DNA from: a virus
DNA: 64,000 nt
Direction: 5' to 3' (one strand)
IMG/VR virus record: IMGVR_UViG_3300036939_000034
Span: 6,324 to 70,323 of that record
The translations under genes were made by a program, and so were the position numbers. Of the stretch, positions 54,280 through 64,000 are shown one piece after another. Under the pieces are notes generated by a model. It had not been told where the DNA came from and did not search any database. It saw nothing but the letters and a program-made list of their open reading frames with translations. Position 1 is the stretch's first letter. Every line of letters starts with the position of its first letter.

Positions 54280-55068
54280 ATGGCTTCCTTCACCACAGCA
54301 CTGGCGGAATTAGTCCGCCTCCTTCCCCAAATCAGAGAACTCTGCACCCGGCAATCACAGATCCAGGAAGCGATCGTCACTCGTAACAATGATCCAACAG
54401 GAATGCGGCGAATTAGGGTCACAAGGGAAGCTCAAGGAGGTCAATCAGAGTCCGACTGGTTCCCATGTGGGCGCTCAACCAGTCACAGTGATGAACCGAT
54501 TCCCCCAGTAGGTACACATTGCTTGGTTGCCCTGGTCAACGGCGACCCGCACAAGCCCTTCTTTTTAAGGACACTGAGTAACCAAACCAACCCCCCGGAC
54601 ACCACTCAGCTAAAGCCCACCCAGGACAACACTACTCGCATTCCAGGGGATGACAAGGAGATTATTGAGGGCGATCGCTTCACAGGCATCCAAGGAGCGC
54701 TCACTCAAGAGATTGGCAAAGACGTGACCATTACGTGCAAGGGTGAAACGTACCGCCTAGACGCTGAATTTGGGGAACTGCTGTTTACTGCCCTCGCCAC
54801 GGGCGTCGGCACGGTAACGGTACAGGCAGCAGATAAAATCCGATTTGAGCAAGGGGGAGCCTATGCCCAGATGGAGAATGGTCAATGGACATTTGGAAAC
54901 GCTGATGGCATGAGGTGGACGTTTGGGGGAGGAGCCTGGAACTGGGATGCCAACGGTGCTGCGATCAGAATTGCGAACGCTTCTGATGTGACGATTTCCG
55001 GCAAAAGCGTGGCAACAGTTGGGGCGGTTGATAATAGGGGAGATACCCTAGTTAACCGAGGATGGTAA
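54280..55068 (+). CDS. Baseplate assembly protein V / spike
   Basis: NDPTGMRRIRV, SDW, PPVG..LV..VNGDPHKP (OB fold). Confidence 0.85.
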   Translation: MASFTTALAELVRLLPQIRELCTRQSQIQEAIVTRNNDPTGMRRIRVTREAQGGQSESDWFPCGRSTSHSDEPIPPVGTHCLVALVNGDPHKPFFLRTLSNQTNPPDTTQLKPTQDNTTRIPGDDKEIIEGDRFTGIQGALTQEIGKDVTITCKGETYRLDAEFGELLFTALATGVGTVTVQAADKIRFEQGGAYAQMENGQWTFGNADGMRWTFGGGAWNWDANGAAIRIANASDVTISGKSVATVGAVDNRGDTLVNRGW

Positions 55069-55072
55069 ATAA

Positions 55073-55488
55073 ATGGATGCCCTAATTTATGACTGCGAAA
55101 TCATTCGCTGTATCCCTTCTGGAGAAATTGAGGAGGGCTTGGATTATTGCAAAGGTTTACTTATGATTTACTTTGCGAAGTACGGGCGGCTTCTGGTCAG
55201 CCGCGCCAATACACACCTAGGGTAACTAGGGGCGGCTACAGCTTAGATGCTCTAGCTAAAGCTAATTTAGAAATCAGTAAATCTGGAAGAGGTGATTTAG
55301 CCCCCAAGCTGTGGCAACGGGGGGAGTATGGGGCGGTGATTGACTATTGTTTGCGTGACGTAATGTTAACTAAGCGATTATTTGAAAAACGTACTCACCT
55401 TGTAGATCCAACCGATGGCTCATCTCTCTGCCTGCGTGAACTAGATGAACCCATACTAGAAGGGGTAAGATTTTTAGACTTTGCTTGA
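55073..55488 (+). pseudogene. Frameshifted/deleted DEDD (RNase H-like) exonuclease
   Basis: MDALIYDCEI in one frame; YDLL..YSLDALAKANL..DYCLRDV in another; middle section missing. Confidence 0.65.
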
Positions 55489-55542
55489 GTTCTGTACTAC
55501 TTAAAAGCGATCGCCCCTTTTTTAGCTAAACCGACAACGTTT

Positions 55543-55710
55543 CCTTTTTTAAAAGTAGTGTTGTAATGGGCGATCGCTCTTTCATGATATCTCAGCTCAA
55601 CTGAATGAGCCTGTGTGAAGGAATGAGGCTTTTAGACCTCGTCTAACATTGTTCAGCTCCTTTTTTAAAAGTAGTGTTGTAGTGGGGCGATTGTTCTTTT
55701 AGGATACCTC
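55543..55710. repeat. Two imperfect direct repeats of about 50 bp
   Basis: CCTTTTTTAAAAGTAGTGTTGTA...GGGCGAT at 55543 and 55659; partial copy at 55921. Confidence 0.7.
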
Positions 55711-55713
55711 GGT

Positions 55714-55920
55714 ATGCGGTCAGAAGACGTGGAACGATTCTCTCGCTGGAAAGACGGATTACCTGCATTGGGACTGAAATCAGAAGAGATAGACTCAACT
55801 AACTGGCGACTGCTAGGAAACGATGGTCACCTGATAGCGATAGTTACCTACGACGCTAGTAAGCCTTTTTGTGATCGCTTTAGCTTTAATCCTCACCAGT
55901 CGCCATTGACTGACAACTAA
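55714..55920 (+). CDS. Small hypothetical protein
   Basis: ORF only. Confidence 0.4.
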   Translation: MRSEDVERFSRWKDGLPALGLKSEEIDSTNWRLLGNDGHLIAIVTYDASKPFCDRFSFNPHQSPLTDN

Positions 55921-55994
55921 CTTTTTTTAAAAGTACAATCACCTACCTCTTGAACTAAAGAGGCAGGCGATCGCTTTTATTTATTTACGATGAC

Positions 55995-56573
55995 TTAACC
56001 AGCTGTTGTAGTCTGCTCTACAGCCTCCTCAAGTTCCGATTGAGTAACGTGACCTACCAGCGCCGAGGCGATTTGGTGGCGCTTCATGTCGGAGGTGTCG
56101 ATACCACGCTTAGTTGCCAGCCATCGCAAGGATTTGACAGGCTGCTTGTGAAGCGATTGCGCCGATGCTTGATGACTTGGCTCGGTACTCTCAGCGCTAT
56201 CTTCCTTATCTTCCTCAATCGTCGAGGATTCCACTTCTAGGGCTGGTTCCTCACTATCAGTCGGTACTGTATCCTCTTTGGGCTGTGGCTCTGGGGTGAT
56301 ATCCTCTCCAGCTCCAATCTGGGCAATTGGGGCACCGCAAAACAACCCACTGACCACCTCCTTATAGGCGTTGAGTTCTTCTGGGCAAACTTCACGAATC
56401 TCGGCGATCGCCTCCGCAACCAATGCCGCCGCAGACTCCATCTTGCTCTCGACTGAGCCAATACGTTGAAGTTGAGCTTGGATGAGGCGCTGCTGCTCTT
56501 GAAGAGCTTCGATCTGGATCTGGATGTCTGCGTAGGAAGACTGAAGATTAGCGGTTAATGTGGCGAGTAGCAT
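55995..56573 (-). CDS. Coiled-coil protein with a possible C-terminal HeH/Rho-N-like domain
   Basis: VKSLRWLATKRGI at the C-terminus. Confidence 0.55.
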   Translation of the reverse strand: MLLATLTANLQSSYADIQIQIEALQEQQRLIQAQLQRIGSVESKMESAAALVAEAIAEIREVCPEELNAYKEVVSGLFCGAPIAQIGAGEDITPEPQPKEDTVPTDSEEPALEVESSTIEEDKEDSAESTEPSHQASAQSLHKQPVKSLRWLATKRGIDTSDMKRHQIASALVGHVTQSELEEAVEQTTTAG

Positions 56574-56611
56574 TTGTTAATTCCTAATGATGTTTACGTG
56601 TCGGGGTGGAA

Positions 56612-56707
56612 TAGGTTGTAGGTTGTAGGGGGTAGGGGGTAGGTTGTAGGTCGTAGGGGAAGATCTCTTCATTAGCTACCACCTATCCCCTACCCCCTAT
56701 CACCTAC
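56612..56707. repeat. Heptamer tandem repeats in inverted arrangement (STRR-like)
   Basis: About six GTAGGKK units followed by about four CCTAYCM units. Confidence 0.65.
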
Positions 56708-57217
56708 TTAGATGTGACGGCTAACGGTCAACCAGATTGATGATTCCCAGATATTCAGCACTGCCCATCCGGTAACAACTGGAGCAATGATGTCTTGATG
56801 CAGGACAGTGGCTAGAGCTTCACCCCAGCTAACGTCAGGAGTTGTAGGAGCGCTTTCGTCGGTGCGCTCAGATACGAATTCCTCGACCGCTTCGTTGGCT
56901 TGAGCTACTGCGATCATGAGAACTGAGTGAAGAGCGACAGCGAACCGAACCAATCCTTGAACAGCTGTGACTGTGTCGTGAGCCAGGGCAGAACCGAAGG
57001 TGCCGAAGAACTCAGCCCAGCTGTCAGCATTGTTCTGCCAGTATGCATAAGAATTGTTGATAAGCCACTCTGTAGCGGTCATGTGGCGGTTAACTTGAAT
57101 CTGAAAAGCAGCTTGAGAAATCATTGTGGTTCCCGTGTAGCGATGGGGTGGTGATGTGGGGCGTGTAGCGTTGCCCTCACATCTATTAGTATGCCTCGCT
57201 AGGTGGAATTTTGTCAA
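56708..57217 (-). CDS. Hypothetical protein (start probably ATG 57124)
   Basis: ORF only. Confidence 0.45.
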   Translation of the reverse strand: MTKFHLARHTNRCEGNATRPTSPPHRYTGTTMISQAAFQIQVNRHMTATEWLINNSYAYWQNNADSWAEFFGTFGSALAHDTVTAVQGLVRFAVALHSVLMIAVAQANEAVEEFVSERTDESAPTTPDVSWGEALATVLHQDIIAPVVTGWAVLNIWESSIWLTVSRHI

Positions 57218-57487
57218 CTACTGCAATGATTTTATTTTCTCAAGTGCCGCAAGCCGTTGTTTAGCAATGTTTTGGCGGGTTGTGCCCCCTCCGAGATACA
57301 GAGAGATTTCCCGATCAGTCCAACAGTGCAGATAGAACCCCTCGACAATGGTGCGCTCTCTAGAGGTCAGATTGTGCTTCGCTTCCTCCCAGTGAGGATA
57401 AGATTGAGCAAACAGGGTTGGGCGATCGCCTCGCTTGTATTTCCGCTTCCGCTTGCGCTCTCTGTCGGCTTCTTTTGATAAGGGCAT
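57218..57487 (-). CDS. Sigma70 region-4-like HTH protein
   Basis: LTSRERTIV..FY...TDREIS..LG..TRQNIAKQRLAALEKIK. Confidence 0.7.
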   Translation of the reverse strand: MPLSKEADRERKRKRKYKRGDRPTLFAQSYPHWEEAKHNLTSRERTIVEGFYLHCWTDREISLYLGGGTTRQNIAKQRLAALEKIKSLQ

Positions 57488-57525
57488 AATAGTTGGTGGA
57501 AAATAGTCAACTTTAGTCTATACCC

Positions 57526-58140
57526 ATGAATGAACCAAGAAGCACAGACGCCATACTAGGCGGCAACTCAAGAAGTTCGTCAGATGCGGTACTAGGGGGT
57601 ATTGAAGGAGCAAGGCAGCGTTGGGCATCTGCAAAGACGCCTGATGAGCGCTGGGCAGCAATTACTGAGCTTCGGAAATACGATCCTGAGGAAGCAAGGC
57701 TTGCAACACAAAAACTGTTCTCAATTTCTTTAAGTTTCCCAGAAATTCAGTCTACAGTCTTAGCTATTGAAAAAGCCCAAAAAGCGCTCCAAGACATTGC
57801 CTCTTCCCCAAAGTTCCAGGCGCAAATAGCCCAAGTCAATGAATCATTTATCCAGGGAGGTGTTGCACTCGCGGAATCGTTCGTGCGCGTTTTAAAAAAT
57901 GTTTCCCTGCCAACAGCATCTTATGTCAACAGCACAGAACTGACTGAAATACGAAGTCCCATAGCAATATTAAAAGAGCAGCATGATGAGTTTATTGCCA
58001 ACTTGCATAACGCCACAACAACAAATAGCCAGCAACAGGATGACATTAAGCCTGATGTTCAGAAAGCCAAGAAACAGAAGTCTCCTTACCTTCAAGGAGT
58101 AGAGAAAATTATTAGCAAAGGGAAGCAAAAGCGTTTTTAG
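57526..58140 (+). CDS. Hypothetical protein
   Basis: DAILGG/DAVLGG N-terminal repeat of the type seen in cyanobacterial proteins. Confidence 0.55.
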   Translation: MNEPRSTDAILGGNSRSSSDAVLGGIEGARQRWASAKTPDERWAAITELRKYDPEEARLATQKLFSISLSFPEIQSTVLAIEKAQKALQDIASSPKFQAQIAQVNESFIQGGVALAESFVRVLKNVSLPTASYVNSTELTEIRSPIAILKEQHDEFIANLHNATTTNSQQQDDIKPDVQKAKKQKSPYLQGVEKIISKGKQKRF

Positions 58141-58178
58141 GGTGACTTATCAAATTAGACTCCAGCCGAGGTAACCAA

Positions 58179-58532
58179 TTGACCAGAACCTGCACAGCCT
58201 TCCCGTGGCGCATTGAGAATGGGACGCTAGCTTTATCCAGTGACATAGACCGGGATGAGCAAGACACAATAGCCACCGTTTTTACCAGAGTCCCCGAACG
58301 TGTGATGCGCCCGTTCTCGGCCGGCACACCCGATTTCACCTTCTCAACGCTCACGACTCCTGATCTGATCGCCAAGAAGCTAGCGATCGCAGTTGAAGAG
58401 CAATGTCCCACAATCGCCAGTTGTGCCGGATTCGGCTCTATTAATGATGGGGGTTTGGCTGTGGTTCAGTTGAATTGGACTGCCAAGACTGAACCAGATA
58501 GAGTGCGATCGCTTCGCATGGGGGTTAGCTGA
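58179..58532 (+). CDS. Baseplate wedge protein (gp25/W-like)
   Basis: FPWRIENG, TRVPERVMRP..GTPD. Confidence 0.75.
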   Translation: MTRTCTAFPWRIENGTLALSSDIDRDEQDTIATVFTRVPERVMRPFSAGTPDFTFSTLTTPDLIAKKLAIAVEEQCPTIASCAGFGSINDGGLAVVQLNWTAKTEPDRVRSLRMGVS

Positions 58533-59779
58533 TGCCTAATCCAGTACGCTTCACCCCGCTGATTGCTCCTCGAATATTTGGCGATCGCGACCTACGTCCC
58601 TACTTCCTGAACATCATTGAGATGAATTCGGGCGGCAAGCTCAACGACCGGGCACCCCACGCCCCAACCGTTGTAATTACCGATGCGTTCGAGTTCTGCC
58701 GCCGTGAGATTGAATATGTTGCGGATAGGATGGCGGACAAGGCTGCCACCATTCATCTACAAACCTGTGGAATTCAGCGAAGTTTGGGCAGAAAAGCTCA
58801 AGTTACCCTAGTCTTTACCCTCAGCACTACGCTGCCTCAGTTCATACTAAGCAAGGGCTATATGGTCACTGGGGGCGGGCTAGAGTTTTTCACCGACGAG
58901 GACGTACTGGTTAACAATGTCTTTCAATTCTCTGTCACTGCCACAGCCAGGGAGGAGGGCACAAAATACAATTGCGCTGCCTACAGCCTGACCAATTTGA
59001 GCCAGACGAGAGCCTATCTAGCTTCTGTGGTTAATCCTGAACCAGCGAGAGGGGGGCTAGACGCAGAGACAGAGGAAGAGGCAAAAGCACGGGGGTTTCA
59101 GACCATCCGCCGTAAGAAAGGCGTTCTCATTAGCGCTGACGACTTTGAGCAGTACGCTCAGGAAATCTTGGGACCGGGGAGTGTAGCGAAGGCGATCGGC
59201 TTGCTGACGCCAGACAAGGCAGCTAAAAAACCAGGGTTCGTGCATATCTTCTGCCTGAATCCAGACGGAACGCAGCTCAATGATGCTCAGGCTCAAGACT
59301 TACAGTCTGAGATGAGTTCACAGCTCCCGGTGTTCTTGCAAAATGTGAACGTAAAAAAGGGAACCCCAATAGCGTCTGGGGTGACGGTTTCAAGCCTTGA
59401 TCTTTATCCCTTGGAAGTCAGCGTTATCGCTACCTTAGTTCCGGGTGACAATCCCGAGACTAGAGCGCAGGCGATTAACCAAGCGTTGATCGATTACCTC
59501 AGTCCTGGGCGCTTACCACTGGGACAAACGATAGTCCTGTACTCCCTAGTGAGCGTGGTGCAAAACTCTGGAGTAGAAGACGTGCAGTCAGTGAGCGCCC
59601 TAGTTGCTCACTACGATGAGGCAACTCAATCCACTTCGGTAGAGAGTTTTTACGGGAATATCCCACTACCAAATGAGTGGACAGTAGGATTCTGCCTAGG
59701 GACATTCATCACCCTGGTTGACCCAGCAAACAACCAGAGTTTTGAATTTCTTTATGGGGACGGTGGCGATTTAGACTAA
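58532..59779 (+). CDS. Baseplate J-like protein
   Basis: ATAREEGTKYN, GGLDAETEEE, ISADDFE, PGFVHI. Confidence 0.9.
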   Translation: MPNPVRFTPLIAPRIFGDRDLRPYFLNIIEMNSGGKLNDRAPHAPTVVITDAFEFCRREIEYVADRMADKAATIHLQTCGIQRSLGRKAQVTLVFTLSTTLPQFILSKGYMVTGGGLEFFTDEDVLVNNVFQFSVTATAREEGTKYNCAAYSLTNLSQTRAYLASVVNPEPARGGLDAETEEEAKARGFQTIRRKKGVLISADDFEQYAQEILGPGSVAKAIGLLTPDKAAKKPGFVHIFCLNPDGTQLNDAQAQDLQSEMSSQLPVFLQNVNVKKGTPIASGVTVSSLDLYPLEVSVIATLVPGDNPETRAQAINQALIDYLSPGRLPLGQTIVLYSLVSVVQNSGVEDVQSVSALVAHYDEATQSTSVESFYGNIPLPNEWTVGFCLGTFITLVDPANNQSFEFLYGDGGDLD

Positions 59780-59786
59780 CTGGACT

Positions 59787-59993
59787 ATGGACACAGTAAT
59801 TGTTCAGACCCTTCACCAGCATGGTTACAACGTTCGCAAGCACCAGCGACTGCCTATCTGGCAGATTTCCGCTAAGGGGCGTTGCTGGACGTTAGTTTTA
59901 CGGGGCGATCGCTTCCTCTCCTCAGAACCCTGGCTGCAACAATGGGTGGATTCCCTTTCGAGTAAGGATTTAAAAGATGAGTGCTTGGAGTGA
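59787..59993 (+). CDS. Small hypothetical protein
   Basis: ORF between J and I genes. Confidence 0.4.
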   Translation: MDTVIVQTLHQHGYNVRKHQRLPIWQISAKGRCWTLVLRGDRFLSSEPWLQQWVDSLSSKDLKDECLE

Positions 59994-60582
59994 GGGACGC
60001 CCTATATTTCTTCGCCTGCCGCTTTATGGATGGCAGGATAATGCGATCGCAGATGCCATCACAGAACCGTATGACCGTAGTCTGATTGAGCTAAAGGAGG
60101 CGATCCTCAACTTTCCTCGTGACTTCATCGATCCTGACACCTGTCGCAGTGATGCCCTCGATTGGCTTGCCCAACTGATGGGATTCACGGGGGATTACTG
60201 GGATACGAACTGGCCCGACTCTATCAAACGGCAATTAATAAAAGACGCGCAGTTTATCTGGAGTTACAAGGGGACTCAGCAGTTACTAGAATATCTCCTC
60301 GCCCTGTTCGCCCTAGATGCTGTCATCTCTATTCCGGGTGCGTGGAGAGTGGGCATAACTGCTATAGGTAACACCATCGGCGGCGACTTACTGACCTACT
60401 CAATCCTAATCAACTCGGCAGGTAAAGCTTTCTATCTCCGCACTAGTGACGAGTGGCGATTGATTGAGCGCCTAAATCGCCTCTTTATGCCGTGCTGGTG
60501 TTCACCTACTACTCTCAACAGCGCCTTTGTGCATTACGATCGGTTTAGAGTGGGCTTGAGCGCCGTGGGAGAACCAATTTGA
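59977..60582 (+). CDS. Tail protein I-like (baseplate wedge)
   Basis: DPDTC..LDWLAQ.MG, KRQLIK, KGT. Confidence 0.85.
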   Translation: MSAWSEGRPIFLRLPLYGWQDNAIADAITEPYDRSLIELKEAILNFPRDFIDPDTCRSDALDWLAQLMGFTGDYWDTNWPDSIKRQLIKDAQFIWSYKGTQQLLEYLLALFALDAVISIPGAWRVGITAIGNTIGGDLLTYSILINSAGKAFYLRTSDEWRLIERLNRLFMPCWCSPTTLNSAFVHYDRFRVGLSAVGEPI

Positions 60583-61802
60583 CGTTAATCGTCGGGACTT
60601 ATAGAGACGCAGGAGGGGTTGCTATATCGAGTGGGGTGCTGAGAGTTCAGTTAGACGCCCCCCTAGTTGATACCTCCACAAATCCCAGCAGCTACGACTT
60701 TGCGATCGCTCGTGACTTCCCGATAGTTAATGGGGCGGCGGGCACAATGACGGGCAATAGCTTCACCCCTGGAGTGAACATTCCGCAGTCACAAAGCAGT
60801 AATATTTCTTACGTATTTACGGTTCTCCAAAGCTTCACAGACTTTTCCTATTACAAGCCGAACGGGGACTATTACGGTCTGAATGACACCCCTCCTGCCA
60901 ACCTAGGGACAGACGGGAATTATTATTCAGGCATCACTCGCACTGTTGACTCAATTCTTTTGCAGCGTAGAACCTCAACGAGGCTGGAGACGGTAGGGCA
61001 ATCGTTCCGCGCAATAGTCCCTAACCTCGCTCAGGTCGATTTTTCCGCATTGCAACCAACGGGTTTTGCTACAGATAGAGGGCCGCAAACAGCGCGACAA
61101 GTCGGGGATTACCTCAAATCCGACCCTCTGTTCTTGCAGTCACTCATCAATATCTTGGTGGTTCAGGGAACATGGGAGGCCTCCATACTCTACAGACGAG
61201 GCAACCTAGTCACCAGCGGAGGCAGTACTTACCAATGCCTCGCTGATTTTTCAATCAACCAACCCCCTGCGGCTACCCCTACCGCTTGGCAATTGTTCGC
61301 AGCAAAGGGGAATCCCGGAGGAACTGGGGGAGACAATACAGCGTTTGGCGCTGGCTGGAACGGCGACTTGAATGCCCCGTCAAAAAACGCGCTTTTTCAG
61401 GAGTTCGCTAACAACCGATCCACAAAGGCGCAGGTCGAGGCTAAAGCTGACAAGGCTTCCCCCGCTTTCACTGGAACACCCACCGCACCCACCCAATCGG
61501 CGGGTGCTGGAGCGGGAGTGGGGACGAATAGAACCGCTTTAGCGACTTGTGAATACGCCGACAGAGCTGATGCCGCACTGATTCAATTTCCGATTAGTGC
61601 AATAGCGATCGCCTCTTCCCCTACGCCCCCAATTCGCACAGCTAGAGCAAATGGACAGGCTTTGAGTCGAACAACGTTTAGCTCGTTGTTTGCGATCATT
61701 GGAACGACGTTCGGCGCAGGGGACGGCACAACCACTTTTAACGTTCCTAACCTAGCCGCACCAGGAACTAACCTTTACTACATCATTGTCACGGGGGTCT
61801 GA
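60579..61802 (+). CDS. Tail fibre protein with a collar domain
   Basis: SPAFTGTPTAPT; ANGQALSRTTFSSLFAIIGTTFGAGDGTTTFNVPNL. Confidence 0.85.
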   Translation: MTLIVGTYRDAGGVAISSGVLRVQLDAPLVDTSTNPSSYDFAIARDFPIVNGAAGTMTGNSFTPGVNIPQSQSSNISYVFTVLQSFTDFSYYKPNGDYYGLNDTPPANLGTDGNYYSGITRTVDSILLQRRTSTRLETVGQSFRAIVPNLAQVDFSALQPTGFATDRGPQTARQVGDYLKSDPLFLQSLINILVVQGTWEASILYRRGNLVTSGGSTYQCLADFSINQPPAATPTAWQLFAAKGNPGGTGGDNTAFGAGWNGDLNAPSKNALFQEFANNRSTKAQVEAKADKASPAFTGTPTAPTQSAGAGAGVGTNRTALATCEYADRADAALIQFPISAIAIASSPTPPIRTARANGQALSRTTFSSLFAIIGTTFGAGDGTTTFNVPNLAAPGTNLYYIIVTGV

Positions 61803-63219
61803 TTTGGCGCTTCCTACCTACAAGCTGAACTCAATTCCAACAGTTGAAGAATTCAACGCCTTTCTACGCCCCAAATTCACAAAGAAAGCAACAGAGGAGG
61901 AATTTCCTGGGTTTCTCCGTCAGATAACGGACGAGCAACTTGCGGACGAGCTACCAAACATCAAGCCTCAGTGGCAAGGGTTTAGGGATGAGCTGCTCGT
62001 TACCGCAGGCTCAGGACTGTCCGTCAACTACAGAGGGGGGCGTGTACTGCTCCCTAACGGAACTATCTTCACTGTCGGGGCAGGAACGCTAGCCCTGGCC
62101 GACAACACAGTCAACCAGATTTTTGTAGATGCAACGGGAGTTGTGAGAGCGGGGGCTGTATTACCTCAGTTTTTCTTTTTGCTGGCTACAGTAACGACAG
62201 TTGCCGGAGCGATTTCGGGACTAGTTGCCGATAACCGCTTACGAGGTTACGAGATACACCCCCCCTGGAGTCGAGTGCGATTTTTTGGGGGGTCGTCCGG
62301 GACAGACAGATCCTCTGTCACGGGAGATCTTCTTAATTTAGGGCAGTACTATTTTCGTAACTGGTCTGTACCAAGTGGCGTGGGGATTACAGTTGATGGA
62401 TTCGCCCGCATCTATTGCACCGGAGACTTAAACATTACAGGCTCGATTACCGTTACGCCTGCGATCCAGGGCGGAGGGGGACGCCAAGTCTGGTTTACCC
62501 CTTCCGGTGCTGCCAACGCCGCCGGCCTTACTCAGTACGCCACAACTGGAGGAGCGGGCGGAGGAGGTATTGGGGCTGGTGGTGGAGGCGCATCGGGAAC
62601 AATGGGCCGCTCCTACAACTATCTACTGCAACCTTACGGCAGTGGTGGGGGTAGCGGCTTCATCACGCAAGGTTCAGGAGCTTTCCCTAACGGTGGTGAT
62701 GGTGGTGGAGGCATTTGGGTTGAAGCGTCGGGAGCTATCACAATAGGTTCCACCGGAATCATTCGCGCTGATGGCGGCAACGCTGCACCCTCAGGCAATG
62801 AGGCCAATGTGGGGATGGTCGGTGCGGGTGGCGGTAGTGGCGGAACCATTATCTTGGTGTCCGCTAGAAGCATCACTGCTTCCCCAGGTGCCCTGCTTTC
62901 TGTCATGGGCGGCAACGGTGGAGATGGCCGCCTCAACGGTACGGCAACAACAAGCGGCTTTGGTGGTAACGGTGGTGGTGGTGGTGGTGGTGGGCAAATC
63001 ATCTTAATTGCCCCCACTGTTAACGTTACCGGCGCAACCCTGAACGTATCGGCGGGTTCTCCAGGAGCGATCGCCTCAGGTATTCAACACGCTGCCCACG
63101 CTCCCCGTGGAGGAGGTAACGGAGGCAGGGGTGGGGCAGGCGCTTCCAACCTTGGAAACGTGGTTGTTCTCGCGGCTGAGTCTGGCAGGATTACGACATT
63201 ATTTGAATTGCCAATTTAG
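61786..63219 (+). CDS. Glycine-rich tail fibre/receptor-binding protein
   Basis: GGGGSGG-type repeats alternating with beta strands. Confidence 0.7.
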   Translation: MSRGSDLALPTYKLNSIPTVEEFNAFLRPKFTKKATEEEFPGFLRQITDEQLADELPNIKPQWQGFRDELLVTAGSGLSVNYRGGRVLLPNGTIFTVGAGTLALADNTVNQIFVDATGVVRAGAVLPQFFFLLATVTTVAGAISGLVADNRLRGYEIHPPWSRVRFFGGSSGTDRSSVTGDLLNLGQYYFRNWSVPSGVGITVDGFARIYCTGDLNITGSITVTPAIQGGGGRQVWFTPSGAANAAGLTQYATTGGAGGGGIGAGGGGASGTMGRSYNYLLQPYGSGGGSGFITQGSGAFPNGGDGGGGIWVEASGAITIGSTGIIRADGGNAAPSGNEANVGMVGAGGGSGGTIILVSARSITASPGALLSVMGGNGGDGRLNGTATTSGFGGNGGGGGGGGQIILIAPTVNVTGATLNVSAGSPGAIASGIQHAAHAPRGGGNGGRGGAGASNLGNVVVLAAESGRITTLFELPI

Positions 63220-63230
63220 GGGGCAGATAG

Positions 63231-63749
63231 GTGGCAAAGGAGCAAGCTAGTTGGTGGGTTGACGAAAACGATCAGGTGGTAGGGGTGGCGTCCGACATTG
63301 GGCTGCCTGCAAACTTCAGGGAAGTGTCAGGGGTAAACTTGCCCCTACCCAACGTCTATTTCAATGGCAGTGAGGTTATAGAAAAACCGCCTCAACCTGC
63401 CGATGATGCCGAGTGGGATGCTACGCTCAAGAGCTGGGTCACTCCCCCAGAACCGTTGCCCCCACCCCCCCAACCGGATTACCTAGCCTTTCGCATGGGG
63501 ATGTTGAGAGATCCGGGATACGATCGCATCACCCTCGCATCTAATGTCCTACGCGTGACCCGCATGGAAACGGCTGTAACGCAAAATCCCCCAGAATTAC
63601 CAATTGTGGCGGCAATGTGGGGGATGCTAATTGACGAACTATCCGAAAAACCTAAGGCGGCAGAAGTGAAAGCTTGGAATGTGATCGCTCACGCCTGCAA
63701 CGTGCCGATTAAGTTTGGGAAAGATGGAAAGATGGTTCTGGCTTCCTGA
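63231..63749 (+). CDS. Tail fibre assembly-like protein
   Basis: KPPQP...WDATLKSWV; follows the fibre genes. Confidence 0.55.
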   Translation: MAKEQASWWVDENDQVVGVASDIGLPANFREVSGVNLPLPNVYFNGSEVIEKPPQPADDAEWDATLKSWVTPPEPLPPPPQPDYLAFRMGMLRDPGYDRITLASNVLRVTRMETAVTQNPPELPIVAAMWGMLIDELSEKPKAAEVKAWNVIAHACNVPIKFGKDGKMVLAS

Positions 63750-64000
63750 CTGGCGATCACTCACACCATCACAGATCATGTGCGCGAATCGCGCATTTCC
63801 TGAGAGAGGGCGATGTTATGGGCGATCGCGTCCTTCCCTGGATATTCGTTAGAGCCTCAATCTTCACTTCTGTAGCTCACTTGGCACTGATGCCTTTCAT
63901 CAGTTGCAGCATCAATTGGCACCCATTTCTCTCCTATCTGGTTGAAATAAATCTTTGCCCCACAGCGATCGCACGGCTTAGAGTCGAAAAGATAAACTAT

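Larger units (their letters stand above)
1..64000. mobile_element. Temperate myovirus-type (Mu/P2-like virion module) phage of a cyanobacterium, apparently the excised/circular form
   Basis: Integrase, attP, terminase, portal, protease, capsid, sheath, tube, tape measure and baseplate genes in canonical order; no host housekeeping genes; dense HIP1 (GCGATCGC). Confidence 0.93.

Noticed and set aside
60579-63749. Diversity-generating retroelement or invertible tail-fibre cassette
   Set aside because: No reverse transcriptase, template/variable repeat pair or invertase is visible in the window.
1-64000. GCGATCGC as a novel repeat
   Set aside because: It is the well-known cyanobacterial HIP1 octamer, used here only as host evidence.

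Overview
The window is almost entirely one temperate, contractile-tailed phage with Mu/P2-like virion genes. The very frequent HIP1 octamer GCGATCGC points to a cyanobacterial host. Layout: early/accessory genes (1-11 kb); xis-int, then an intact attP core matching the 3' half of tRNA-His, then a repressor switch (10.8-13.4 kb); replication initiator with iterons, DnaB and a giant methylase polyprotein (15-22 kb); terminase, portal and head genes (23.8-41 kb); tail and baseplate genes (41.8-63.7 kb). The most striking feature is a minus-strand cassette inserted between the baseplate hub and spike genes (52.5-54 kb). It contains a stand-alone Cas7/RAMP-like gene, a partner gene and three small units of 5-nt repeats (constant CTC plus variable NN), each with its own -10-like box and 3' hairpin. 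Reading only the NN positions of one unit gives a gapped match (every third base skipped) to the phage integrase gene, which suggests a non-CRISPR RNA-guided system with a discontinuous code. Other highlights: a phage-borne Csx3/Crn3 ring nuclease; a C5-methyltransferase half encoded out of frame inside a 1363-aa gene; two probable capsid-loaded effectors (ADP-ribosyltransferase and zincin) that share an N-terminal domain; and a portal-pyrophosphatase-MuF fusion. All family calls come from motif recognition by eye, not from database searches.
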